From assembly GCA_011087645.1 (NCBI GenBank), contig JAALLF010000001.1:208046-272045 (forward strand): a DNA stretch of 64,000 nt, read 5' to 3'. The notes beneath the pieces were generated by a model. The model was not told the DNA's origin. It searched no databases and saw only the letters and a program-made list of their open reading frames with translations. A program made the position numbers and the translations under genes. Of the stretch, positions 29,579 to 38,789 are shown one piece after another. The DNA is from Alphaproteobacteria bacterium (GTDB taxonomy: Bacteria > Pseudomonadota > Alphaproteobacteria > UBA6615). How positions within the stretch are numbered: position 1 is the stretch's first letter; each line of letters starts with the position of its first letter.

Positions 29579-30193
29579 CTATGTCCGGCCTTCCTCCGCC
29601 AGGTCGTCCTTAATATGGCCGTCGTAGATTTTATCCGTGGCCGCCGGGTCCTTGCCGAGTTGGTCGGCGAACATGCGACCCGCCGTCGCGATGGTTCCCT
29701 GTGGCGCCTGCGCGTCCGCGCTCCATAAATGCGAGCGTTTGAGCGCCTTGGCGCAATGCAGGTAGGCTTCCTCGACATGCACGACGATGGCCGAGGCCGG
29801 CGCCCTGCCGTTAATAGCGAGGGGGTCGAGGATGCCAGGATCGATGGAGAGTTCCGCGCGACCGTTGACGCGCAATGTCTCATCCACGCCGGGGATCATA
29901 AACAACAGCCCGACATTCGGATTATCGAGAATGTTTTGCAATGAATCCATCCGATTATTGCCCTTGCGGTCGGGGATGATAATGGTGTTGTCGTCGAGCA
30001 CCTGGACAAATCCCGGATCATCGCCCTTCGGCGATACGTCGCCGTCGGTGCCCAGCACCAGAAACGGCGAATGGGCAATAAAGTTCCGGCAATGGGGGTC
30101 CAAGGCCGAAAGCTGTTTCTCGGCGGCGATGCCTTTGGGCTCGGGATAAATTTCACGAAGTCCCCGCGCATCGTTGATGATGTAGTCAGACAT
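29579..30193 (-). CDS. PNPOx-like FMN-binding split-barrel flavoprotein
   Basis: Pyridoxamine-5'-phosphate-oxidase-like fold (LFMIPGVDETLRVNGRA). AAAGGTGAG RBS precedes ATG 30193. Confidence 0.7.
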   Translation of the reverse strand: MSDYIINDARGLREIYPEPKGIAAEKQLSALDPHCRNFIAHSPFLVLGTDGDVSPKGDDPGFVQVLDDNTIIIPDRKGNNRMDSLQNILDNPNVGLLFMIPGVDETLRVNGRAELSIDPGILDPLAINGRAPASAIVVHVEEAYLHCAKALKRSHLWSADAQAPQGTIATAGRMFADQLGKDPAATDKIYDGHIKDDLAEEGRT

Positions 30194-30461
30194 CGAACTC
30201 ACCTTTCATCTGGTCGTGCGAAATTTGCAGGCGGCGAATTTAAGGCAGGCCGCAAAAGTGGAAAATGAAACGCAACGTTATGTTCGAAAGAGATTAGGTA
30301 CGGCCAAGGCGGGTGTCTAGCAATTCGAGAATGGCCGGTTGACCCCAATCCCGAAATCGGACACTCGGCCTTGATGGACTCGCTTGGTTTCCAAGCCTAG
30401 GATCGGCGGCGTTTTTCACGTTCGCGTCGGCGATTATCCAAGTTTTATGGGAGGGGCATTC

Positions 30462-31430
30462 ATGGCACAGCACGAACATTCTCACGGCAAAAGCAACCAT
30501 ATCGACGTGCATCATCATTTTTACCCGCCAGAGTTTCGCGACGCTGTCGACGACTTCTCAGGCTTCAAACTGCCGATGGTCGAGAATTGGACGCCCGAGG
30601 CCAGCCTGGAAGAGATGGATTCCAACGGGGTCAGCACAGCCATTCTGTCGCTATGGTCCATCCCCGGCGTTTGGATGGGCGCGGACGCGGCCGGCATGCG
30701 ACGTTGGGCGCGGCTGGTCAATGATTATGCCGCCGATATGCGGCGCGACAATCCGGGCCGCTTCGGGCTGTTCGCCGCACTGCCGATGCCCGATGTCGAA
30801 GGCAGTCTGGCCGAGATCGAATACGCGCTCGATGTCCTCAACGCCGACGGCGTCGGCCTGATGACCAATTACGGCGACACCTGGCCCGGCGACCCCGTCT
30901 ACCGGCCGGTGTTCGAGGAGCTCAACAGGCGCAAGGCCACCGTCTATTTCCACCCCGTGGCGCCGACCTGCTGCTCCGGCCAAATCATTCCCGGCGTTCA
31001 CGAAAGCTGGGCGGAAGTTATCTTCGATTCCGGGCGCGCCGTATTGAGCCTGCTGATCAACGGCGCCTTTCGCGATTTGCGCGATATCAATTGGATTTTC
31101 TCCCATTCCGGCGGCACCGCACCGGTCATCGCGCAACGCGCCGCCACGCTCGGCCGGCATTCCCCGCAACTACAAGAAGCCGCGCCCGACGGCGTCGCCG
31201 CGGAACTGACACGGCTGTATTATGAGATTGCCAATGGCTTCCATGCCCCGAACATGGCGGCGCTGCTGGCCTATATCCCGATCTCGCAAGTGATGTTCGG
31301 CACCGACTACCCCTATCTTTCGGTTGGCGACAATGTCGAAGGGCTGGCCGAGGTGATCAGCGGCGCCGATCTGGAAGCGATCCGCAGCGGCAACGCGCTT
31401 CGTCTATTCCCGCAATTTGCATCCGCATGA
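30462..31430 (+). CDS. Amidohydrolase-2 (ACMSD-like) metal-dependent hydrolase/decarboxylase
   Basis: N-terminal HIDVHHHFYPPEF metal-ligand motif and a C-terminal FGTDYPY motif. GGGAGGGG RBS. Confidence 0.75.
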   Translation: MAQHEHSHGKSNHIDVHHHFYPPEFRDAVDDFSGFKLPMVENWTPEASLEEMDSNGVSTAILSLWSIPGVWMGADAAGMRRWARLVNDYAADMRRDNPGRFGLFAALPMPDVEGSLAEIEYALDVLNADGVGLMTNYGDTWPGDPVYRPVFEELNRRKATVYFHPVAPTCCSGQIIPGVHESWAEVIFDSGRAVLSLLINGAFRDLRDINWIFSHSGGTAPVIAQRAATLGRHSPQLQEAAPDGVAAELTRLYYEIANGFHAPNMAALLAYIPISQVMFGTDYPYLSVGDNVEGLAEVISGADLEAIRSGNALRLFPQFASA

Positions 31431-31499
31431 CGGCGGGCGGCGACAGGTGCCTGCGTCTTAGCGATTAAGAACGCGATGCCGACATAATGCTGTGTTGGG

Positions 31500-32990
31500 T
31501 TAATCGAGCCGGTTGATGCCGTCGAAGGCGGCGGTCTTGTAGCACTCGGCCAAGGTCGGATAGTTGAACACGGTGTCGACGAAATAATCCACCGTACCGT
31601 CATGGGCCATAACGGCCTGGCCGATATGGATCAGCTCCGACGCACCTTCTCCGAGGATTGAAACCCCCAGAAGCTTGCGCGAATGGCGTTGGAACATCAA
31701 CTTCAACATGCCGGTCGAGTCGCCGATAATTTGACCGCGCGCGATCTCGCGATAGAACGCATGGCCGACCTCATAAGGTACGCCGTCCGCGGTGAGTTGG
31801 CCTTCATTTTTCCCGACCACCGAGATTTCGGGAATTGTATAGATGCCATACGGAAACAACTCGGCAACGCTTTCGGCTTCTGCGTCGAACGCATCGCAGG
31901 CGGCGAGCCTGCCTTGTTCCATCGACGTCGACGCCAGGCTGGGAAATCCGATGACATCGCCCACGGCGTAAATGTGGGGACACGATGTCTGGTAATTCTC
32001 ATTCACCGTGAGACGGCCGCGCTCATCGGCGGTGAGACCAGCCGCCGGCAGGTTAAGAGTGTCCGTCGCCCCGGTGCGGCCGATACTATAGAGCGCCTTC
32101 TGGGTGATGATCTGTTTACCGCTCTCCAGCTCGATGCAGACCTTCTTGCCCTTTGGTCCGTCGCAAATATCGAGAGACTCGACGTCTTCGCCGAGGCGGA
32201 AGGTCACGCGGTTCTGGCGCATCTGGTAGACCAGCGCATCGGTGATTTCGGAATCGATAAAGTCGAGCACGTTCGGGCGCTTGTCGATCACCGTCACACG
32301 CACGCCAAGGGTCGAAAACATCGTCGCATATTCGAGCCCTATGACACCGGCACCGACGATGGACAGACTATCGGGCAATTCCGTCAACTCCAATATGTCG
32401 TCGCTGGTGAAAATCTGCTGGCCATCGAACGGGATGGCGGAATCGCGGGTGGTTTCGGTCCCGACAGCGATCACAATACGATCGGCGGTGATGTCGCGCT
32501 GACCCCTGCCATCGAAAAAACTAAGCCGCACGGTGTGGTCGTCAACAAAACTGGCTTTCGCTTCCAGCACATTGACACCGTTGCGCTTTAGTTGATGGTT
32601 GGTGACGTCGATTTCGTTGCGGATCACATAATCGGCGCGGAACAGCAAATCCGCCATGGTGATATCCCGTTTCACGGCATAAGACGCACCATAGATATTG
32701 CGCTCGCGATAGCCCGACAGGTGAATAACCGCCTCGCGCAATGTCTTCGACGGGATCGTACCGGTATTGATACACACGCCGCCAACAACCGCGCGCCGTT
32801 CGATAATCGCCGCCCGCTTGCCCAGCTTGGCCGCCTGAATGGCGGCGCGTTGCCCGGCAGGTCCCGAGCCCAAGACCACCATATCGAAATCATACGCGGG
32901 CGACGGCTGCGGCGTGATATCGGATTCGGGTTTTTCGCTCCGGCTGAATTCTCCGGCAACATCGGCGACGGGAACGGCTTCAACACCCAT
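31500..32990 (-). CDS. sthA: Soluble pyridine nucleotide transhydrogenase (SthA/UdhA)
   Basis: The motif FDMVVLGSGPAGQRAA, the redox-disulfide region GGVCINTGTIPSK and a C-terminal dimerisation domain. The start codon is uncertain. Confidence 0.85.
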   Translation of the reverse strand: MGVEAVPVADVAGEFSRSEKPESDITPQPSPAYDFDMVVLGSGPAGQRAAIQAAKLGKRAAIIERRAVVGGVCINTGTIPSKTLREAVIHLSGYRERNIYGASYAVKRDITMADLLFRADYVIRNEIDVTNHQLKRNGVNVLEAKASFVDDHTVRLSFFDGRGQRDITADRIVIAVGTETTRDSAIPFDGQQIFTSDDILELTELPDSLSIVGAGVIGLEYATMFSTLGVRVTVIDKRPNVLDFIDSEITDALVYQMRQNRVTFRLGEDVESLDICDGPKGKKVCIELESGKQIITQKALYSIGRTGATDTLNLPAAGLTADERGRLTVNENYQTSCPHIYAVGDVIGFPSLASTSMEQGRLAACDAFDAEAESVAELFPYGIYTIPEISVVGKNEGQLTADGVPYEVGHAFYREIARGQIIGDSTGMLKLMFQRHSRKLLGVSILGEGASELIHIGQAVMAHDGTVDYFVDTVFNYPTLAECYKTAAFDGINRLD

Positions 32991-33142
32991 AATTTTTAGC
33001 TCACATAGTTACAGTGACCAGGTATTGGCCATTCCGCTTAACAAACTAATAACTCTCGCCGGGGCGGTGTCGGTGCGGCTGTGGCCGTAATTTAGCGTTT
33101 GCTGATTGACAGGCCCAGCAAGGGCGTTTAATCCTTGCCCAT

Positions 33143-33200
33143 CGCGCCGATTTGAGCGGCCAGCTTGCGGGCGCGTAATAAATGCAGCTAAACGGGCGAT
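33143..33200 (+). ncRNA. Candidate SAM-II-like riboswitch aptamer 1 (P1 CGCGCC/GGCGCG; loop GAUUUGAGCGGCCAGCUUGC pseudoknots with 3' GCAGCUAAAC)
   Basis: Sequence and H-type pseudoknot architecture resemble SAM-II elements upstream of met genes in Alphaproteobacteria. A second similar copy follows. Confidence 0.45.
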
Positions 33201-33208
33201 TGCATCAT

Positions 33209-33247
33209 CCGCCCAGCATGGCTGTGGCGGTTTTTTGTTGTTTTAGA
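33209..33247 (+). terminator. Intrinsic terminator (CCGCCCAGC-AUG-GCUGUGGCGG plus UUUUUUGUUGUUUU) immediately after aptamer 1
   Basis: Stem of about 9 bp followed by a long U tract, as read from the sequence. Confidence 0.6.
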
Positions 33248-33300
33248 ACCAGTTATGGAATTCCGGGCCGATCCCCCGGCGGCATAGCCGCGCACCGGAT

Positions 33301-33352
33301 CCGCGGTAATTTGATGGGCAGCTTGCGTCCGCGTCACCAATAGCTAAAGCGC
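33301..33352 (+). ncRNA. Candidate SAM-II-like riboswitch aptamer 2 (UAAUUUGAUGGGCAGCUUGCGUCCGCGUCACCAAUAGCUAAAGCGCC)
   Basis: Aligns position by position with aptamer 1 (AUUUGA..GGC.AGCUUGCG..CGCGU....AGCUAAA.). It sits directly 5' of the metZ start region. Confidence 0.45.
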
Positions 33353-33404
33353 CGTGGGACAGGTGTTCCGCGGGCCCGAATTCAGGCCTGGGAACCTATG
33401 TGTC

Positions 33405-34595
33405 ATGACCAAAGACCCCTCTAATTATCGCCAGGAGACCGCCCTGGTGCGCGGCGGCTTGCAGCGTTCGCCCAACCGCGAGACCAGCGAGGCGCTGTTT
33501 CTCAACTCCGGCTATGTGTTCGACGACGCAGCCCAAGCCGAAGCCGCGTTCAAGGGCGAGAACGACAACTACATCTATTCGCGCTACGGCAATCCCACGG
33601 TCACCATGTTCCAGGAGCGGCTGGCCGCGCTTGAGGGCGCGGAAGCCTGCTACGCCACCGCCACCGGCATGGCGGCGGTGTTCGCGTCCCTGGCCTGCCA
33701 GCTCAACGCCGGCGACCGGGTGGTGTCATCGCGCGCGGTGTTCGGCTCGTGCCACATCATCGTCGACCAGATCCTGCCGCGCTGGGGCATCGAGACCGTG
33801 TTCGTCGACGGCACCAATCTCGACGAATGGCAGGCGGCATTGTCTAAGCCGACCCACGCGGTGTTCCTGGAAAGCCCGTCCAACCCTATGCTCGATCTGG
33901 TCGATATCGCCGCGGTCAGCGAAATGGCCCACGCCGCCGGCGCCTGCGTCATCGTCGACAATGTGTTCGCCACGCCGCTTTATCAACGTCCGCTCGAGCT
34001 CGGCGCCGACATCGTGGTCTATTCCGCCACCAAACATATCGACGGCCAGGGGCGATGTCTGGGCGGCGCAGTGCTGGCCGATGCGGCTTTCATGACAGAG
34101 CGCTTTATGCCGTTCTACCGCCACACCGGCCCGGCGCTCAGCCCGTTCAATGCCTGGATTATGCTCAAGGCGTTGGAGACGCTATCGGTGCGCGTCGAGC
34201 GCCAATGCGACAACTCGCTTGACCTAGCGCGCTTCCTGCTAGCCCAACCGAAGGTCACCAAAGTCTGCCATCCGGGGCTGGAGAGCCACCCCCAAGCCGA
34301 GCTGGCGCGGCGGCAAATGTCAGGCTTCGGCAATCTGGTGACCTTCGAAGTCGAGGGCGGTAAGGCGGCGGCATTCCGGATCGCCGACGCCCTGCGGCTC
34401 ATCGATATCTCCAACAATCTCGGCGATACCAAGAGCCTGATCTGCCACCCGGCGACCACCACCCATTCCAGACTATCCGAAGAAGAGCGCAGCCAGCTCG
34501 GCATCTCACCCGGCGTCTTACGCATCTCGGTGGGCTTGGAACATCTCGACGATCTGAAGGAAGATCTGGAGCGCGCGCTCGCCGCTTTGCCCTAG
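33405..34595 (+). CDS. metZ: O-succinylhomoserine sulfhydrylase
   Basis: Full-length colinear similarity to MetZ, including a PLP-lysine motif (SATKHIDGQGR). ATG 33405 matches the length of MetZ homologs. GTG 33354 is an alternative start. Confidence 0.85.
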   Translation: MTKDPSNYRQETALVRGGLQRSPNRETSEALFLNSGYVFDDAAQAEAAFKGENDNYIYSRYGNPTVTMFQERLAALEGAEACYATATGMAAVFASLACQLNAGDRVVSSRAVFGSCHIIVDQILPRWGIETVFVDGTNLDEWQAALSKPTHAVFLESPSNPMLDLVDIAAVSEMAHAAGACVIVDNVFATPLYQRPLELGADIVVYSATKHIDGQGRCLGGAVLADAAFMTERFMPFYRHTGPALSPFNAWIMLKALETLSVRVERQCDNSLDLARFLLAQPKVTKVCHPGLESHPQAELARRQMSGFGNLVTFEVEGGKAAAFRIADALRLIDISNNLGDTKSLICHPATTTHSRLSEEERSQLGISPGVLRISVGLEHLDDLKEDLERALAALP

Positions 34596-34644
34596 CGATC
34601 AACCGGCCTATATAATTTCCGCAGCGGCCGAGGAGATAGCAACG

Positions 34645-35481
34645 ATGACCCTGTTAGCACCCGAAGAAACGGAAACCGGCTTCGTTGAAGCCAATCTGAG
34701 CTACACAGTCGATACCGGCGTGAAACCGGTCAACCAGACCATGGGTCCCGGCGATATGTCGCGGCGGATCGTCGGCACGGTGGAAGACCATTTGATGACC
34801 ATCCGCGATGGCCGGCCGCTGCGCGACGAATTCGCCGCCGACGTCACCGGGTTCGAGTTCGTCGACCACCAAACCGCCATGACCGATTTCTACAACGCCG
34901 ACGCGCTTAAATCGGTCTACTATCCAGAGGTCGAGGCGTTGATTAAAGCGCGCATCGGCGCGGCGCGGGTTCATATCTTCGATCACACGCTACGCTCGGG
35001 CGACGAGGCAGCCCGCAACGAAAAACTGCTCCGCGAGCCGGTGCTATCGGTGCACAACGACTATACCGAATGGTCGGGCCCACAACGGGTGCGCGAATTG
35101 ATGCCGGCCGACGAGGTCGAGGATTTATTGAGCCGCCGCTTCGCCATCGTCCAGGTATGGCGGCCGATCCGCAATCCCATCCAATCGAACCCGCTGGCGA
35201 TCTGCGACGCGCGCTCCCTGTCGGCAGACAACCTCATCGCCTCGGAGCGCCGTTACCCGGACCGGGTCGGCGAGACCTACCGGATTTCGCACGACGCTGA
35301 CCAGCGCTGGTTCTATTTTCCCAATATGACCCGCAACGAGGCCTTGCTGTTCAAGGTGTTCGATTCCGCCACCGACGGCCGCGCCCGCTTCACCCCCCAC
35401 ACCTCGTTCGACGACCCCAACACGCCGCCGGACGCACCGGCCCGCGAATCGATCGAGGTTCGCGCCCTGGTGTTTTTTTAA
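34645..35481 (+). CDS. CmcJ/NvfI-family putative oxygenase, paralog 2
   Basis: Roughly 40-45% identical by eye to the 28697 paralog. Shared blocks include HNDYTEW, VQVWRPI..PLAICDARS, RWFYFPNMTRNEALLFK and HTSFDDP. Confidence 0.65.
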   Translation: MTLLAPEETETGFVEANLSYTVDTGVKPVNQTMGPGDMSRRIVGTVEDHLMTIRDGRPLRDEFAADVTGFEFVDHQTAMTDFYNADALKSVYYPEVEALIKARIGAARVHIFDHTLRSGDEAARNEKLLREPVLSVHNDYTEWSGPQRVRELMPADEVEDLLSRRFAIVQVWRPIRNPIQSNPLAICDARSLSADNLIASERRYPDRVGETYRISHDADQRWFYFPNMTRNEALLFKVFDSATDGRARFTPHTSFDDPNTPPDAPARESIEVRALVFF

Positions 35482-35504
35482 GCGGCGGGTCGATTGGGTT
35501 CGCC

Positions 35505-35600
35505 GCCCTCATACTTCGACAAGCTTAGTATGAGGAATAATGTTGGTGAGAATAAAAACTCAGCCTCATCCTGAGCTTGTCGAAGGACGAGGCTTCAATC
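35505..35600. repeat. Mosaic intergenic repeat element, copy 5
   Basis: CCCTCATACTTCGACAAGCTTAGTATGAGG ... CCTCATCCTGAGCTTGTCGAAGGACGAGG. Confidence 0.6.
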
Positions 35601-35609
35601 AAATAGTAC

Positions 35610-36377
35610 CTACCCGATCCAGGCGCCGCCGTTCACGTCGAGCACCGCGCCGGTGGTGAAACCGGCGCCGGGCGTCGATAGGTACAGAATCGCGTGGGCC
35701 AGTTCTTCCGACGTGCCGAGGCGGCGCACCGGGGTTCCGGCGGCGCGTTGGGCTAAATGTTCCTCGCTGTGGCGCCCCACCCGCGGCGTGCGCACCAGGC
35801 CCGGCGCCACCACGTTGACGGTGATGCCGAACGGAGCGACTTCAATCGCAAGGCGCCGGGTGAGGCCAACCACGGCGGCCTTGCCAGTGGCGTAGTCCAA
35901 CGATGCGCCGCGCGACGCGGTACGCCCGGCGACCGACGAGATATTGACGATACGCCCATAGCTGTTGCGCTTCATGATCGGCACCACCTCGCGGCTGATC
36001 AGGAACTTGGTGTCGATGTTCCAGCTCAGCCCCTTGGCCCACATCTCGTCGGTGATCTCTTCGATGTCCGGCGCGTCGAGGAACCCGCCGGCGCAATTGA
36101 CCAGAATATCGACCCGGCCCCAGGCTTCGTCGACCACACCCACTACAGCCTTCATGTCACTGGAGTCGGCGCACTCGCCGGTCAGAAACATAGCCTCCGC
36201 GCCGCTGTCTTGCAGATCGCCGACGATCCGCGCGCCGGCCTCCTGGTTGCGGCCAACGATGGCGACCTTCGCACCCTCAGCCGCGAACCGCTCGACGCAA
36301 CCCTGGCCGATGCCCGCCGTGCCGCCGGTCACGATGGCCACCTGTCCCTCGATGGAGGCCAGTTCCGATACCGTCAT
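35610..36377 (-). CDS. SDR-family oxidoreductase
   Basis: Motifs VTGGTAGIGQG and NCAGG, plus a YxxxK-type motif. GGGAGAG RBS precedes ATG 36377. Confidence 0.8.
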   Translation of the reverse strand: MTVSELASIEGQVAIVTGGTAGIGQGCVERFAAEGAKVAIVGRNQEAGARIVGDLQDSGAEAMFLTGECADSSDMKAVVGVVDEAWGRVDILVNCAGGFLDAPDIEEITDEMWAKGLSWNIDTKFLISREVVPIMKRNSYGRIVNISSVAGRTASRGASLDYATGKAAVVGLTRRLAIEVAPFGITVNVVAPGLVRTPRVGRHSEEHLAQRAAGTPVRRLGTSEELAHAILYLSTPGAGFTTGAVLDVNGGAWIG

Positions 36378-36509
36378 GTTATTCTCTCCCGCGAAATATG
36401 TTGGCCGCCATGCCGCCACATTCGCCAGCCAAATGCAATCGGCGGGTAATTGTGGCAATCTTCGATGGCGGCCATCGGGTCGCGGCGCACGAAAGATCAG
36501 AAGGGTCCT

Positions 36510-38249
36510 GTGCATATCGAAGCGTTGAGTTTACGCGAGGTCATCGTCTTTCTTGTCGCCGCCGGTGTCGTCGTCCCCCTGGTCCAGCGGCTTAAAGTCA
36601 GCCCGGTGCTTGCCTTTCTCGCCGTGGGCGTCGTCATCGGGCCCCATGGGCTGGTCCGCTTTGCCGATACTCTGCCGTGGCTTGGCTATGGGACGATCGC
36701 CGATCTGGAAGGGGTCCGCGCGCTGGCCGAACTCGGCGTCGTATTCCTGCTCTTCATGATCGGTCTGGAACTCTCTCTGGAGCGGTTATGGGCGATGCGG
36801 CGGCTGGTCTTTGGCCTCGGCGGCGCCCAGGTTGTGGTCACCGGCGCGGTGATCGCGGGGATTGCGTCTTTGTTCGACAATTCGTTGCCGGTCGCCACCA
36901 TATTGGGCGCCGGCTTCGCGCTGTCCTCGACCGCCATCGTCATGCAGATCCTGGCCGAGAACCGGCGTCTCGGAACGCGGACCGGGCGCACCAGCTTCGC
37001 CATTCTGCTGTGCCAAGACTTAGCCGTCGTGCCAATCCTGTTCCTGGTCGCCGCCTTCGCCGCGCAGAGCGACGGGTCGCTGCTGCTGGCCTTTGGCGGG
37101 GCTATCGGCCAGGCGCTGGGCGCGGTCGCCGTGATCTTGGTCATCGGCCGTCTGGTGATCCGGCCGCTATTCCGATTTATCGGCAGCGCCGCCAGCCGTG
37201 AGATGTTTCTCGCCCTCGTGCTGCTGGTAATCATCGGCACCGCCCTGGCGACCCAGAAAGCCGGTCTGTCCCTGGCGCTCGGCGCGTTCCTGGCCGGACT
37301 GTTATTCGCCGAGACCGAGTATCGCCACGCCATCGAAGTCGATATCGAACCCTTCAAGGGATTGCTTCTGGGGCTGTTCTTCGTCTCGGTCGGCATGTCG
37401 ATCGATCTGGCCCAGATCGCCGCGCAGCCGATTTGGCTGTTCGCTTCCGTCGCGGCACTATTCCTGGTGAAAAGCCCAATTATCTTCGTCCTGGCGCGGC
37501 TGTTCGGCGAACCGCGCTCGGTAGCGCTCGAAGCGGCGTTGCTGCTCGGCCAGGGCGGCGAATTCGCCTTCGTGATCTTCGGCTTGGCCGCCGGCTTGGG
37601 CTTGTTGCCGGCCGACACCGCCCAGTTCATGTTGATCGTCGCCGGGTTGACCATGATCGCCACCCCGCCGGTGGCCCACGCAGCGCGCAAGGCCGCGCGT
37701 GCACTCGAAGCGCGGGACGCGCGCCACGGCGCGCCGGCGGCCGATATTCCCGCCGATCTCGCCAACCATGTGATCATCGTCGGCTTTGGCCGGGTCGGTC
37801 AGTTGCTGGGCTCGCTACTCGACACCCAAGAGCTACCCTATGTTGCCTTGGATATCGACGCCAACCTGGTCGCGCGCTTTCGCACCCACGGCGCCAGCAT
37901 CTTTTTCGGTGACGCCAGCCGTCCCGAAATGTTGCGTAAATTTGGTGTCGAAGACGCCGCCGCCTTGGTGGTGACTATGGACAGCCCGCAAGCCGCCGAG
38001 CAGGTGGTCACCGCCGCGCGCGAACACTGGCCCGACCTCGCCATCTATGCCCGCGCCCGCGACACCGACCATGCCGCGCGTCTCATAGGCCACGGCGCCA
38101 GTCACGCGGTGCCCGAGACAACCGAGGCTAGCCTACAGCTCAGCGAGATAGTGCTGATGGGGGCCGGCGTTCCCGACAACGCCGCCCGCCACATGGTCGA
38201 GACGCGCCGCCAATCCGAGCAGGCCGCTATCGATGAAAGCCGATCGTGA
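36510..38249 (+). CDS. Monovalent cation:proton antiporter-2 (KefB/KefC-like) with C-terminal TrkA-N/RCK domain
   Basis: Colinear with E. coli KefB over the membrane domain and the IIVGFGRVGQ Rossmann motif. Probable GTG start at 36510 (AGAAGGG RBS); the ORF track extends back to 36450. Confidence 0.8.
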   Translation: MHIEALSLREVIVFLVAAGVVVPLVQRLKVSPVLAFLAVGVVIGPHGLVRFADTLPWLGYGTIADLEGVRALAELGVVFLLFMIGLELSLERLWAMRRLVFGLGGAQVVVTGAVIAGIASLFDNSLPVATILGAGFALSSTAIVMQILAENRRLGTRTGRTSFAILLCQDLAVVPILFLVAAFAAQSDGSLLLAFGGAIGQALGAVAVILVIGRLVIRPLFRFIGSAASREMFLALVLLVIIGTALATQKAGLSLALGAFLAGLLFAETEYRHAIEVDIEPFKGLLLGLFFVSVGMSIDLAQIAAQPIWLFASVAALFLVKSPIIFVLARLFGEPRSVALEAALLLGQGGEFAFVIFGLAAGLGLLPADTAQFMLIVAGLTMIATPPVAHAARKAARALEARDARHGAPAADIPADLANHVIIVGFGRVGQLLGSLLDTQELPYVALDIDANLVARFRTHGASIFFGDASRPEMLRKFGVEDAAALVVTMDSPQAAEQVVTAAREHWPDLAIYARARDTDHAARLIGHGASHAVPETTEASLQLSEIVLMGAGVPDNAARHMVETRRQSEQAAIDESRS

Positions 38250-38267
38250 TCGGCCTCGCTTAACCGG

Positions 38268-38603
38268 TTATTCGTTGTCGGCTAACGCCCGCATATTGAG
38301 AATGAAGCCGATTACATCGTCGGTTTCCTGCCGCGACAATTGCAGGTCGGGCATATTGCGATGGGGGGTCTGCAGAAACACCCGTAAGCCCAACTCGGTG
38401 ACCGCCGGATCGGCGGCGATCTCATCGAACGGGGGCGCGTCGGAACGCGGAATCAAAGTTTGCGTCTCGGAGACAAAGTGGCACTGAGCGCAAACCTCCA
38501 GCGCCAATTTCTTGCCGGCCACTATGTCCGCAACGGTCTGGCTCTGGGCGATTGTCGGCGCCAACAGGGATAGCGCAATGGCTGTCACGGGGAGAATTCG
38601 CAT
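38268..38603 (-). CDS. Small periplasmic c-type cytochrome
   Basis: Signal peptide and a single CAQCH haem-binding motif. Confidence 0.7.
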   Translation of the reverse strand: MRILPVTAIALSLLAPTIAQSQTVADIVAGKKLALEVCAQCHFVSETQTLIPRSDAPPFDEIAADPAVTELGLRVFLQTPHRNMPDLQLSRQETDDVIGFILNMRALADNE

Positions 38604-38789
38604 GGTTGAGCAACTCCTTCGTTAACGGACCGACGTGCGCGAACACCCATGATCAGCGCTCTTATTGATTAAAGACTGCGCGCCAAAACCGAGGAGTGCC
38701 TTGACGCACATCAATGGTCGCCCAGGGGCGAAAGGGGACAATCGAATCGCTCACTGGCGAACCGCCACCGCGGATAATGAGGAACAATC

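Noticed and set aside
31683-32591. 302-aa ORF antisense to sthA
   Set aside because: Shadow ORF. sthA on the opposite strand has unambiguous flavoprotein disulfide-reductase motifs.
36686-37777. 363-aa ORF antisense to the KefB-like antiporter gene
   Set aside because: Shadow frame of a membrane-protein gene. Its Ala/Ser/Arg-rich composition has no motif.
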